Shown here piece by piece: positions 41,725 to 55,820 of a stretch of DNA of 64,000 nt (positions within the stretch are counted from its first letter, which is position 1; every line of letters starts with the position of its first letter). The stretch is from Flaccisagitta enflata. Lineage: Eukaryota. The position numbers and the translations under genes were made by a program. The notes below the pieces were generated by a model, which was not told the DNA's origin, ran no database searches, and saw only the letters and a list, made by a program, of their open reading frames with translations. Location: positions 30,318,001-30,382,000 of the forward strand of contig OZ231126.1 of the NCBI GenBank assembly GCA_965153355.1, written 5' to 3'.

Positions 41725-42478
41725 TAGTCGTTAAACAAGTCTTTCCTGTCACTGAGCTCAGAGCCTCTGTTCCATTTTAGACGACGATTTCCTCGTAGTA
41801 TCGGCGATCGAATTGAGAAAAGAAATTGCATATAATTAGTATTTCATCTTCTCATGATCATATTAAGATCTCTGCATTCTCAGACAATTTGTGTTTCAAA
41901 GAGGGTCAAAATGGAAATAATGAATGAATGGAAATGGAAAAACAAGTGAATGAAAGTGATTCAGATAGCTCAGACATGATATCTAAAAGAAAAATTTGCA
42001 TTTATTTAGTAAAAAGGGCCAAGTTTAGCCAATGTTACTAAGGAAAATTTATTGAAAATTTCTACTTTTCTTATTTTTGGTCACTGACAGGGGGCTGGTC
42101 TAAATTCTAAATTTGCATAGAAAATGAAAAAATGAAAAAACAAAAAACATAGTTCTCTTCCCAAATCGATTACAGAGAGAACTATGTTTTTCAAAATGCA
42201 AAATTTCTTTGTGTTTGGCTTTCTTAGAATTTAGACCACAGAAAATGAAAAAAGTGTAAACAATCTTGCAAAAAACACAATTTTTCCTGCTTGTTTTATC
42301 TGAATCATAGTTCAAAAAACTTTTCTAGGTCAGATTATGATAAAATAGTATATCTGGGGAAGTGTCTTTAGTTAGAGACAATTTGTTTACTAAAAGCATT
42401 CCAGCTTTAATATTGGCCTGATAATGATGCAAAAAGTGTGGTGAAACACTTAATTTTCCTTCGAAAAGTTGCCGTCCT

Positions 42479-42705
42479 ATCTTCGCCGAAAGAAACGAAG
42501 CAGTTTTAAAAATAGCATCAACTTTGGAAGAATATTGCTCCAAAACGAGTAAAGCTACAGACCCCAGATTGGTCCCATTTTAAAGATCTCCTTTAAATCT
42601 TTTAAATGGGAGCAATCTGGGAAGTGTAGCTTTATTCGTTCAAGAGCAGCATTCTTCCAAAGTTGATACTATTTCTATAACTGCTGCATTTCTTTCGGCG
42701 AAGAT
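42479..42705. repeat. Imperfect inverted repeat (~105-bp arms, short loop), probably the core of a foldback MITE
   Basis: atcttcgccgaaagaaa ... tttctttcggcgaagat; caactttggaagaat / attcttccaaagttg; taaagctaca / tgtagcttta. Confidence 0.85.
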
Positions 42706-42909
42706 GGTATTAGGAATTTTCTCCGTCTTCTCCTTCAAGCAATTGGGATTTGGGCCCTAGGACTGAGATTTGAGCCTCGATATTGGAGAAGGAGAAATTT
42801 CCTATGTGAGAGGGAGAACTAATAAGAATGTAACATTAACAGATGACACAGTTACACACCGACACACAACAGGCAAGACTGGCAGTCAAGACGACAGTCA
42901 AAGCTACTT

Positions 42910-42956
<47 letters not shown>

Positions 42957-43014
42957 GAGAGTGAGAGAGTGAGGAGAGTGAGAAAGGGAAAGTGAGGGAA
43001 GTGAGAGAGAGAGA

Positions 43015-43072
<58 letters not shown>

Positions 43073-43111
43073 TTAGTGTGGACCATGCTTTAAATATACC
43101 ACGATTGAAAG

Positions 43112-43195
<84 letters not shown>

Positions 43196-44572
43196 GCGAC
43201 AGAAATGATTAGTTCCGATTAAATTCGGCCTTCCTCCACTGGCTTCACTGCACTGGGCTTTCTTTTTCGAATCGTCCTCTTTATATCATTCATTCTACAT
43301 GATTATTGGGAGTATTTTCAAATTTGGCACTTCTCCGTTGTATCAATCTCAAGTACTGTTCCTAAGCTTCAATCTCATGTGTATATCATCACAAAAAATA
43401 TTCGGAAATTAATAGCCACAGGCCAAGGGGTCCAAAAGGGTCAATCAGGGGGTCAAGTATGATCCCCCAAAAGGGGTCAAAATTTCAAAGTGGTCCAAAT
43501 TAAATTCTGATTGCAGATTTGGATTCCTCTCAAAAAAGTAGCAAAAGAAAGTACTCTTCTTTTTTTTAACATCTCATTCTAGGTGGGTCCAAATTGGGGT
43601 CAAAGGTCAAAAACAACCCCGATCTGACCTCTCGAGAGGTCAAAAATCAAAACTCAGGTAAAACACAATTCTGAGACCAGTTTTGGAATCCTCATGAAAA
43701 ATAAGACCAAAAATGTTAATATTTTTTCAGCCTTAGAATATAAACTTCCAATAACTTTCTCAGTCCTTAATCTGCCTCTGAGGCATTATGTATGCCCAAA
43801 CTGTTTATTGCCTCAGAACCCCTGTATTCACCACAGGACTGCCCCCTCCGGGACCCGCCTAACCTCAAAATCAGTCCAATCATGCCTCATTTAGCCCTCT
43901 CTGGCCTCAATCAACCCTCCTGAACTTTGAATCAGCCGTCCCCCCCTAACCAAAAAGCCTCTGATCAGCCCTCTCAGGCCTCAAGTTAGCTCTCAACATC
44001 AAATTAGCCTCAGCCCTTAAATCAGCCTTTCAGACTACAAAATGACCACTCTAAGGCTTCAGTTAGACTAGCAAGCTTCAAAATAACTTTCTCGGTCCTT
44101 AAATCTGCCCTCTCAGGCATTATGTATGCCCCAAAACTGCTTATTTATGCCTCAGACCCCTGTGTTCTACAGGACTTAGTCCCTTTCGGGGCCTGCCCAA
44201 CCTCAAATCAGTCCTCTCAGGCCTCATTTAGCACTCTCAAGCCTTAATCAACTCTCTTTAACCTTAAATCAGCCCTCCCAGGCCTCAGAGTTGGTCTCTC
44301 ATACATCAAATCAGCCCTCCCAGGCCTCAAATCAGCCCTCTATCGTCTCAAGCCTCAGATCAATTTAAGTCATCTTAAGTCAATTAACTTCAATGGAAGT
44401 CTTTTTAGTTATACTGTATATAATTAAAGGACTTTGTAAGTCTCGCTCGCGACTTAGAGGTGTTGACCTTGTTGTTTTTCAATCTGTGTCCCTTTCTAGT
44501 CGCAGAAACGCGACTCTAAAAGCGACTACACTCGGTTTATCCATCCATCACTATTCAATGTTGAGATATTTA

Positions 44573-45182
44573 ACAAGGCCGGATACACGGCCGCCAGTTG
44601 CGGACAGTTGGGCAAGGGCAGAAATTCGCGTTTTCACAACTCGATCATTACCGACGGACCAACGGACAGACGGACAAAACCTCTTATAGAGTTTCGTGTC
44701 CGCAACTATAAACATATATCTTGAATATATCACTATATGCCAGAAAAATAAACGAACAAACAACTAAATGAATGAATAAAACAAAAATCCCTGTGTTCTA
44801 CAGGACTTCATCCCCTTTCAGGGCCGCTGCCCCTGCTCCCTCTCACTCAAACATTTGCACCACCGACCAAAACAAGGCCGGATACACGGATACACGGCAA
44901 TCCAGTCAAGGACGGTTGGGCAGCAGCAATAATGCAAACAAGGCCGGATACACGGCAATCCAGTCGCGGACGGTTTGGCAGGAGCAGTAATGCGAAAACC
45001 GATCGCAATTTAGAAATGTGACGGACGGACCGACGGACGGACGGACCGACCGACACGGCAAGGTGTAGAGTCGCGTGTCCGCGACTAAGAACGCTTGCAA
45101 TTTAAAAACATTATGGACGGTCCGACGGACCAACTGACACGGCACACAAGAGTGCGGAGTCGCGTATCCGCGACTGAAAAAA
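44573..45182 (-). mobile_element. Cluster of HINEs: A2 copy (44573-44710), family C fragment, and a young copy (~44937-45090) nested in an older copy
   Basis: Repeated aacaaggccggatacacgg 3' ends and cgcgact/cgcaact 5' ends. Confidence 0.8.
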
Positions 45183-45272
45183 CGTAAATGGACATGAGAA
45201 GGAAATTAGATATAAATGGTTTGATAAGATTCATCAGCTATGGCCAGCTATGGCGCTATAAATACACACACA

Positions 45273-45354
<82 letters not shown>

Positions 45355-45941
45355 CAGAAAGCAAAACAAACTTATTATTGGTGGTCTCAATGACATAAGA
45401 TGCCCTGTAGTTACCTTTGTCTTATCTAAGATCAAAAGCCTACATTTCAGTAAGACTGCCAACAGACCAACCGACAGACAGATATACCAACTCTATTCAC
45501 GCGACTAAAAAGAAAAAGAAGAAGGTGACAACAAAGAAGAACCAGTGGCTGTCGCCAATACTGTGGATCGCGATGTTTTATTTTTTGTTTTTTTTTATTA
45601 TTTTTTTTTCTATAAATTTTTTTCACTTTTTGTTTTTTTTTTTTTTTTTGCATTTTCTTTTTTATTTTGATTTTTTTATTTTTTCACATTTTCAAATTTT
45701 AAATTTTTATTTTGTTATTTTTTCACTTTTTCATTTTTTTGTTTTTTCATTTTTTCACTTTTTTATTTTTTTTACTTTATTTCTTTTTACTTTTCATTTT
45801 CTACTTTTTTAAACATTTCATAACATGCATTAATACATACAAAATTCAAATCTGAAATTTAGATAAAAAAAACTCTGAACTATAAGTGAATTGCTAAATT
45901 TGGTGAGCATTTCAAGTTCCATGGTATTCAATAGCTGAAAT

Positions 45942-46003
<62 letters not shown>

Positions 46004-46008
46004 TCTCT

Positions 46009-46071
<63 letters not shown>

Positions 46072-46419
46072 CGTGGTTGAAAAAAAAATCAAGCAGTGGG
46101 AAAAAAACAAAAGGCAAATTGAGATAAAGTTTAAGACATCTGGTGGATGAATTAAGACAAACTTAAACAAGACAGGTGAGGATATTTTTGAGATAGAAAA
46201 AAGTTTTGGGATAAAAAAAATATGATCGATGATTGTTATTGATGATGAGGTGGAAAAAACAAAAGATTGACATAGAGATAAGTAGAGACATCTTGAAAGA
46301 GAAAAGATAAAACAAACAAAAGACTAAGGTGAGGAAACATTCTGGGGATGTAAAAAATGAATGAATGATATAGATAAAACAAAAGATTTACATATAAGTG
46401 GAAACATCTTAAAAAAAAA

Positions 46420-46615
46420 AAACAAGGTGGATACAAAGCTGCAGTCGCATGCGGGTGGGCAGGGGCCATACTGAGGTCACCTGACCATTTTACTTCAGAG
46501 TAGTGAGGTCAAAGAAATAAAATCATAAAAAAAAAGTAAAGTTTGACAACCAGTAAACAACTGACCGTGACATCGGACAAAGCGGGTTGTAGAGTTGCGT
46601 GCACGCGACTAAAAA
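46420..46615 (-). mobile_element. Diverged HINE family A
   Basis: aacaaggtggatacaaagc ... gagttgcgtgcacgcgactaaaaa. Confidence 0.75.
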
Positions 46616-46772
46616 GTAACACAAACAAAAGACTAAGGTGAGGATACATTCTTCAAGGATTTTGATTGCATTTTTACCTTTGTCAAATGTCACTTTTACT
46701 ATTTGAAGAGAAAAAATGGCAAAAAAAAACATTTTATTGATTTTAGCCTTTTTGTAAAATTACTATGATTTT

Positions 46773-47230
46773 TAAAGGCAATAGTACTACAAAAATAGGC
46801 TAAACTAGCTATACTAGAATTATCTAGATTATCAAATCTCCACTAGGACAGGTGTGCACTAATACTTTACCATCATTACAAGCAACATTTCTAAAAAATA
46901 TGCAGCATAAAATTTGCAACAGGGTCCCAAAGGAAACTCAACAGATTTTCAATGCATTTTTCTAGTACCAATATATTAATCTATTTATTTTTTATTAATA
47001 CTATTATTCTAAAGGCAATAATTACTACAAAAATAGGCTAAACTAGCTATACTAGAATTATCTAGATTATCAAATCTCCACTAGGACAGGTGTGTACTAC
47101 TACTGAACTATCATTACAAGCAATATTTCCAAAAATATGCAGCATAAAATTTGCAACTGGGTCCCAAAGGAAACTCAACAGATTTTCAATGCATTTTACT
47201 AGTACTATAATGGTAATCTATCTATTTTTA
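46773..47230. repeat. Tandem duplication, 2 x ~237 bp
   Basis: taaaggcaata..tactacaaaaataggctaaactagctatactag starts at ~46773 and ~47010. Confidence 0.9.
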
Positions 47231-47316
47231 AAAATACAGTAGATGTTAAGATTAAGAGTATATTTTTGTTATTTCTCTAAATACACTCATTGACCTCTGT
47301 CATACAACTGATTGAT

Positions 47317-47436
47317 ACTGTACGTTCCCGTTAAGTGGCGTACACGGCCAGGCCACTTGACAACACTCAGAATAACACTGTATGTTTCCGTTAAGTGGCG
47401 TACACAGCCAGGCCACTTGACAACACTCAGAATAAC
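47317..47436. repeat. Tandem duplication, 2 x 60 bp, each with an aagtggc...gccactt hairpin
   Basis: Direct reading. Confidence 0.9.
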
Positions 47437-47439
47437 AGA

Positions 47440-48830
47440 ATATGATTGATGGTGAGGATGAAAAAACAAAATATTTACGTAAAGATAAGTGGAGACAATT
47501 TGAAAGAAAAAAGATAAAACAAACAAAAGACTGAGGTGAGCACATTCTGGGGATGAAAAAAATAATAAATGATATAGAGGAAACAAAAGATTTACAAGAT
47601 TTACAAGTTCTGCTGAGTAAGGACATCCATTGAGAGAAAAAAAGACTATTACAAAGAAAAGATTGTGGTGAGTGAAGACACACTTTTGGGATGAAAGAAA
47701 TTGTTAGGAAATGGTGATTAAGGACATTCTTTAAAAGAAAAACAAAAGACTATCAAAGAAAAAAGATCTGGTGAGTGAGGACATCTATTGAGACAAAAAA
47801 AAAGACTGCAACAAACAAAAGATTGTGATGAGTGAGGATACACTTTTGCGATGAAAAAAATTCTTTGGGATTAGTGAGTGAAGAGATTCTTTGAAGGGAA
47901 AAACAAAAGACTATAGGAGAAAAAAGATCTGGTGAGGGAGGACTTCTATTGAGAAAAAAAAAAAGACTACTACAAACAAAAGTTGTTGTGAGTGAAGACA
48001 TTGTGAGTGAAGACAGACTTTTTGGATAAAAAAAAATCCATGGGAAATGATGAGTGAGGACCTTCTTTGAAGAAGAAAACAAAAGACTATCGAAGAAATA
48101 AGATCTGGTGAGTGAGGACATCTATTGAGAGAAAAAAAAGACTGCAACAAACAAAAGATTGTAGTGAGTGAGGACATATTTTTGGGATGAAAAAAATTCT
48201 AATGAATAGTGAGTGAGGATATTCTTTGAACATAAAAACAAAAGGCTATTAAAGAAAAAGGGTCTGGTGAGTGAGGACAGCTACTGAGAGAAAAACAAGA
48301 CTACTTCAAACATGAGATTGTAATGAGTGAGGACAAACTTTTTGGATAGAAAAAAAATTATTAGGAAATAATGAGTGAAGACATTTTTTGAAAATAAAAA
48401 CAAAAGGCTATCAAAGAAAAAGGGTCTTGTGAGTGAGGACATCCATAAGAGAAAAAAAACACTACTACAAACAAAAAATTGTGGTTAGTGAGGACACACT
48501 TTTGGGATAAAAAAAATCCTTTGAAAGAAGAAAACAAAGACTATCAAAGAAAAAAGTCTGCTAAGTGAGGACATCTATTGAGAAAAAAGACTACTACACA
48601 AAAAAGATTGTGGTGAGTGAGGACACACTTTTGGGAAGAAAAAAATCCTTAAAAATGGTGAGTGAGGACATTCTTTGAAGAAAAACAAAAGACTATCAAA
48701 GAAAAAGGGTCTGGTGAAGAATTTGCTGAGGACATCTATTGAGAAAAAAAAGACTACTACAAACAAAAGATAGTCGTGAGTGAGGACACACTTTTGGGAT
48801 GAAAAAAATCTTTAGGATATGGTGAGTGAG
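47440..48830. repeat. ~160-bp higher-order satellite built from three ~50-bp GGTGAGTGAGGAC subunits
   Basis: tctggtgagtgaggac-like anchors at ~47767, 47928, 48104, 48264, 48425, 48559, 48710; related diverged sequence at ~46240-46400. Confidence 0.85.
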
Positions 48831-49746
48831 CCTCCCAACCCCTCCCCCCCACGCCTCCCACACCCCTACGCCTCCCCACCCCTCCCCCCGCCTCATCCTC
48901 ATAAAGAGACATGAAGGGACTTGGAGAGACATGGAGAGATATGGAGAAACATGTAGAGATATGGAGAGACATGTAGAGACATGAGGAAACATAAGGAGAC
49001 ATAAGAAGACATACATATAGAGACATGAAGAGATATATGAGACATACGAGACAAAAGAGACATAGAGACCTAAGAGATACAAGAGACATAAGAGATACAA
49101 GAGACATAATAGATATAAGAGATATAAGAGATACGAGATATAAGAGATATAAGAGGCATAAGAGACAAAGGAGACATATGAGACTATAGGAGACATAAGA
49201 GACATACAGGAGACATATAGGAGACAAAAGAGACAACGAGACATAAGAGACATAAGAGACATGAGAGACCTAAGATACATAAGAGAAATAAGAGACATAA
49301 CAGATATAAGAGACATATAGGAGACATAAGAGACATATAGGAGACAAAAGAGACAAAGAGACAAAAGAGATGAAAGAGATGAAAGAGACATAAGAAATAT
49401 AAGAGACATGAAGAGAAATAAAGAGAAAACCTTAAAAATCGCATTTAAAAATTTTCGCATTTCGGACAGACCGACAGACCTACCTACCTACCAAGGGACA
49501 CACCTTCTTATATAGATGCGAGGACGCATCTAAAAAGAGTATTTTTGCAAAAAAGAGGTTCACTTTGGCAAGCTCTATCTCCTAAACAGTTTGAGATACA
49601 GACCTGGGGTCGGTCTGGAATAAAAGAAAATTCAAAATTCTTTAAAATCAATTGAACAAATAAATTTTGAATTAATTTTTTGTGTCTCTTCTACTCAGCT
49701 ACAAAAGGGTGCGGCTTTTTTTTTTATTCGCGTAGTACTACTCAAC

Positions 49747-50464
49747 GGCCTATCCATTGAATCACGAACTCTGGGCTGGAAATTAGGCCAGTTAAGGCCC
49801 ATTCCACTGAAGCACGACCTCGTGCTTCAGTGGAATTGGAATTCGTGCTTCAGTGGATTGACTTATGACATCTTTTTGCACTGCAATTGACCTTTTTTCA
49901 TGCTGCAATGAAATAAAAAGTTAAGTTTTTTTATTTGATAGGTTTGATTTCTTTTAATTCAGAATTGTTTTTTTCTTTTCTTTTTCTAAAGTATCTTCTA
50001 TGAATATCTTTATATTTTTTTTTATTTCAATTTTTCCTTCTCTTTTATCATAAAATCTTTTCCTAAACATATTCTTCTTTTTCTTTTCTTTTTTTTTTGA
50101 AGGAAAAAAAGTTTTCTTACATGTTATTGCTTTTTTTTTTAAATGATAAAAACTAAAATGTAAAAAAATGTTTTTTTTTATATCAAAATTCTCAAGGAGA
50201 AAAAGGGAGAGATGAAAAGAAATAGAGGAGACAGAGAGAGAGATGGAAAGAAAAGAGGGGATTCCTTGATTCCTTCAAATAAAAGCCTTAAAAAAATCAC
50301 TTTCTTTATTTTTTCTATTGTGACAAAATAAGTTACTCCCAATTCCACTGAAGCTCGAATTGCAAATGGCACTAGTTATTCTTCATTCCACTGAAGCACT
50401 AGGCTGTGCTTCAGTGGAAATAATTCTAACTTTAGCACGAATTTCGTGATTCAGAGGATGCCCC
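49747..50464. mobile_element. Mutator-type MITE with intact 9-bp TSD CTACTCAAC
   Basis: ctactcaac (49738-49746)|GGCCTATCCATTGAATCACGAA ... TTCGTGATTCAGAGGATGCCCC|ctactcaac (50465-50473). Confidence 0.85.
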
Positions 50465-51936
50465 CTACTCAACACTATCTAAAATAAGGACAAGAGCCTT
50501 TGGAGCTCTTACTGGTGTTCAATCCGGACCCATCACCACTATCCTTTAAATTTCTGAAAGAAACATTCCCTCTTATATCTTACAAACAAAATTGTAGATT
50601 CTTTTCAAAAGAATACAGATGAGCACTTTTAATCCTGTCTTTACACGACACATGCCATCATTAGGATGATTATTATGTCATATTTTCTTTCCACAGAAAT
50701 ATGAAATATTCCCAACAGATCACAAATAAAATGATTGGAAAACTTTATGAGAAAAGAATGAATGAATGAATGAATGAATAAATGAATGATTGAATGAATG
50801 AATAAATGAATGAATGAATGAATGAATGAATGAATGAATGAATGAATGTGAATGAATGAATGAATATGAATGAATTAATGAATGAATGAATGAATGAATA
50901 TGAATGAATGAATGAATGAATGAATGAATGAATGAATGAATGAATGAATGGATGAATGAATGAATGAATGAAAGTATGAACAAAGGAACATATGAATTCA
51001 TCAGTCTTCAACCTAATCTACTTTTCTAATAAAAACAATCCACGAAACTATTTCTTAACGATTTCACGTATCAAGAAGAAATGAAAATGAAACAGATCGT
51101 CGAAATTATAATTTGCATAATAAGATCGGAACACCAAAGAAGTTTTTGCGCCATAACTCTATAATTCAATTGTCTCTCATCAGGAACACATTCTTCAAAA
51201 AAGAGGGTTGTAACTCTGAGAACTGAGAATACGGACACACGCCTCTCAGCCCGCCTCCGAGAGAATAAGAGACAAAGAAGAGAAGAAGGGGAGAAAAAGC
51301 GTGCTCAGCCTTAGCCCCGGGCAACGAAGAATATAAAGAGGAATGTGAATTTTTCAAAGTAATTATCATTTCTTTCTTAAGATGATTTTTTTTCTTTCTC
51401 TTGTCACCCGTCTAACAACTCTCTCTAACAACTTTTGTTTCATTCTCTTGGATATCTTTTTAGTCGAAGAAGAAGTAGTTTTGGACTGAGATATAGTCTC
51501 ATTGACAAAAAAAGAAAAAAAAATCTTTTTTCCCACAATCATTCATTTGAACAAAACCCCTGAGCAGAATCAAAGGTGGAAAGCGGGTTTTGGAGGCCTG
51601 TAAAAGAAGTTTTGAATTCTCTGTTGGGAAATAATTTTTTGGAATTTAATGATCTATGGCCGAAATGATGAGTTTGTAATTACAGCAACAAATCATGAAT
51701 TAAGGGAAGATAACTGCAAGACAAAGAAAAGAAAAACAGAATAGGAGAAAATGAAGAAAAAGATAGACATGACTTGCTATTGAGAGAAAGGCATAACGAT
51801 AATAAACTCAGAGTGAGTGAGTGAGTGAGTGAGTGAGTGAGTGAGTGAGTGAGTGAGTGAGTGAGTGAGTGAGTGAGTGAGTGAGAGAGAGAGTGAGAGA
51901 GAGAGGAAGAGAGAGAGAGAAAGAGGAAGAGGAAGA

Positions 51937-52041
<105 letters not shown>

Positions 52042-53047
52042 TTGGTTGGAATCAGAACGTCTTTGACTTGGTTCAATCTTAACACGATGTCTTGAGAACA
52101 TGAGAAATCTAGAAAGGAGATGCTAAAAGAATCGGATAATAAGAAGAAAGGCTACTATAAAATGACAGAAAGAAGAGAGAGAGAGAGAGAGAGAGGGAGA
52201 GAGTAAGAGTAAGAGAACTTTGCATGTGCACACACACAAACACGCATGCAGACGTACAGACATAACACATTCATAATTGCTCGATGATCAATTTTTAGTC
52301 GCGTGCTACGCGACTCTACACCTCGGTTTGTCCGTCGGTCGGTTGGTTAGTTGGTCACACTTTACTTTTTTTTATGTTTTTTATTCTTTGACTGTACTGC
52401 TCCTGCCCAAATGCTCTGGTGACCTCAAATATTCCCTGCCCACCCGCACGCGACTGGGGTAGCCGTGTATCCGGCCTTGTTATCTGTTTTTATGCTTTTT
52501 CATGTTTGTGTTTTTGTACTTTGACCTTTGTTTGTATCTTGTTCCCTTTGTCCTACACTTCATGTGTGAACAAATGGCATGAATATATCAGTAATATCAC
52601 ACCCATCAGTCATCATATACGCGTAGTCATAGACTGAAACAGGAAGGACGGGAGACACAGCTGAGATGGTAAAAGAGAGAACATGAGGCAGATACATTGG
52701 GCAGATACATGTGCCTACTCACGTGCGAATACGCGGGGGCAGCGACGCAAAAGCTGCCCAAAAATGATTGAAGTCGGGCAAAATTTAAAGGCAAAATCTA
52801 AAGGCAAAATCTACAGACAAAATTTACAGGCAAAATGTACAAGAAAAATGTACAGGAAAAATCTACTTACCAACGAACCGGCAAGCATACACCCTCGCTC
52901 ACACGCGTCTTAAAAACGGCAGAATCATCAATAACATATATTTCAAATTGGTTAAAGGTTGTTTACATGTACCTTACGGCCGTTTAGATTTGCGTTGAAA
53001 CACGTTTTATAAGTTTAAATGGTGTCGGTGAAAATTTTCGCATCTAA

Positions 53048-54022
53048 CCTTGGCGTCATAAAAAATGGCGGATTTTTAAAAACTATTTTAACCATCTTAA
53101 TTTAAGAGAAACTAAAAAAAATCGGTGATGGTTGGAAAGCTCTTTGAAAGATCTTTCATTTGAGTCGTGTCTGGACATAGTAACTCAAACCGTTTAGAAA
53201 TTACAGTGATTCAAAGAAAACCTCCATTTTCTTACCCTTACGGTGTGTCATTAAAAAAAGTCTGCTAATGATTTCATTATTACCAAAATGATAGAAGATT
53301 TTGTCCGATTGCCTTCATATTTTTAGTGATGTCTAGATTGTGTGTCTACTGATACCGGTTCAATTTTTGTGAGAATTGGAAATTTTTTATTTTCTATGGT
53401 TTTTGCATGTTCTTTTACCAACCCTCATTCAAATTCTTGAAAAATGATGCAATTTCAAAAAAAAACTTGTTTATTTCTGAATTATTTGAGCTCACACCCA
53501 GTTTACTTCTTTGGGAGAGGGCCCTAGATATAGAACTTTGAAAGCACTCTTAAAACTCTCATAGATTTTTCACAATTTTAACCATATATTCATGAACAAA
53601 ACGCTCAATAAAATCCAATCACTGATTCTCTCAAACCACAGTTTTGCAAACCAACATTAAAATCTTTCGCATGGTGAAAATGATAGTAAAAGTTGTCCGA
53701 TTTGGATGAAATTTTAGGAGCTGTTAAAGGCAGGTATGTTGTACCACCATATCAAATTTTATCTTAATCGGATAAGGTTAAGTACGGTTTTTAAGAGATT
53801 ATGTTTAAGTTATGATCGCTGACACACCGTAAGGGTGAAAAAAGAGTAGTGTTTTTCAAATTGATGTAGCTTCTAAACCATTTGAGCGACCATGTTGCGA
53901 CACGACTCAAATGAAAGATCTTTCGAAGAGCTTTCTAGACATCATCAATTTTCTTTAGTTTCTCTCAAATTAAGTTTGTTAAAATAGGTTTTAAAAATCC
54001 GCCATTTTTTATGACGCCAAGG
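53048..54022. mobile_element. piggyBac-like long-TIR non-autonomous element (copy 2, clean TIRs)
   Basis: ctaa|CCTTGGCGTCATAAAAAATGGCGGATTTTTAAAA ... TTTTAAAAATCCGCCATTTTTTATGACGCCAAGG|ttaa; pairing extends to acccttacggtgtgtca / tgacacaccgtaagggt. Confidence 0.8.
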
Positions 54023-55049
54023 TTAATAGAAATCACGGAAAATGTTTTTGATTCGTTGTAAAACAAATTGCTTAAAAAAGAGAAGAGAAAAAAATAGATT
54101 CATAGCGGGACAGAAAAAAAAATCTTACTTCAATCTTCGGCAATTTTTTAACATCCTTTTTAGTGGCGAGTCACGACTCAATAAACGGCTTTGTTTGTTC
54201 GTCCGTCCATCCGTGGATCCAACTGTGGATACGTCCGTTTATCTGTCCCTAACGCACGGGTCCAATAGTGAAGAAAGTCAAATTTGTGTCAATAAAAGGG
54301 TTTGGAAATGGGGAAGGAAATCAAAGGCGGAGAAAAGAGAGAGAGAGAGAAAAAAAGGGGAAAACATAACTTCTGGCAGTACCAAATCATAAAGACTGAT
54401 TAGAAAAACTTCAATTACACTGTTTTGTTGCTTTATCGGGAAAAAAATCGTAGATTTTAAAATACGACTCAACGCTTCGCGGGAAACAAAATCAAAGGAG
54501 GGAGGAGGGGAAAATAAAAAATGACTCAATTTTATACAGCCCTGAAAAGCAAGTTAAATGATTTGAAACGTTACAACGATTTGGTTAACAACATGATCGA
54601 TGCTGATTTGTCACTTTACGCTTTACGAGCATCTCATTTATTCCGGTTTGGTGCTTTTTTTTCCTATTTTATCGTACCACTCTCCCTTGAACAGTCGGAC
54701 GGAGGTAAAAACAGACGGAACACAAAACGAATGAAAGGACGCATCGAAAAAGTAGCAGTCAATGAATATCGATAATTGAAGTGAAAAAAATCCTCTTGGC
54801 GAAATGGACTTCCTACTTTTATTTATGGAGAGGCGAAAATAAGTAAGGTTTGTGAAATAAAAAGGTAAAAAAAATATCCCGTTCCTGATATTTTTCTTTT
54901 CCTTTTTTTTAATTGGAAATCATGAATTCTAGACTTAGAAAAACAAACAATGATTTTCTGCAGATTTTTTTCTGGCGGGATTAGAAAACCGTCGACTTTG
55001 TGAAAGGAAAGATGATCCAGTCTTCTTCATCAGAAATTTCCTTCCTTCC

Positions 55050-55400
55050 CTTCTTCTTCTTCTTCTTCTTCTTCTTCTTCTTCTTCTTCTTCTTCTTCTT
55101 CTTCTTCTTCTTCTTCTTCTTCTTCTTCTTCTTCTTCTTCTTCTTTTTCTTCTTCTTTTTTCATCCATTTTTCCTCTTTAACCTTTTCTCCTTCACCTTC
55201 TTCGTTTTCTTCTTCATTTTCTCGTCCTATTCTTCCCCCTTTTCTTCTTCTTTGTTTTCTTCTTCTTCTTCTCCTTCTTCTTCTTCTTCTTCTTCTTCTT
55301 CTTCTTCTTCTTCTTCTTCTTCTTCTTCTTCTTCTTCATCTTTTTCTTCTTTTTCTTTTTCTTTTTCTTTTTCTTTTTCTCTTTCTTTTTCTTCTTCATC
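55050..55400. repeat. (CTT)n microsatellite region, unique to copy 2
   Basis: Direct reading. Confidence 0.95.
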
Positions 55401-55773
55401 TTCTTTATTACTTTTCTTCTTTTTCCTCTTAATCTTTCTATTTGTTTTTTTCAACCAGACTTAAAAAAATGAACGAAAGCAATGTAATTAACTGATGAAC
55501 TTGAGAAGAAATCAAATATCTTTTTTTAATCATATAATCAATCTTCGCCTTACATCCCATAGATCTAATCCAATCATCTGATCATCCATTCATCTAGTAG
55601 TTGATCTTCGTATTTAATCCCAGAGATCTCCATTCCAATCTTCAATCAATTAGAAAATCAAATTGATTTTTAATTTAAACTTTAAACAAGGTATATTAAC
55701 CGAGGAATAGGAATTCTTGAAATAAATGGTATGATTCATGTTTAATTATAGTCGAATAGATCCATGAAATGAC

Positions 55774-55820
<47 letters not shown>

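Noticed and set aside
54521..54775. Protein-like 84-aa ORF MTQFYTALKSKLNDLKRYNDLVNNMIDADLSLY...
   Set aside because: It straddles the replacement breakpoint, so the 3' half differs in copy 1; no clear donor site or recognisable homology.
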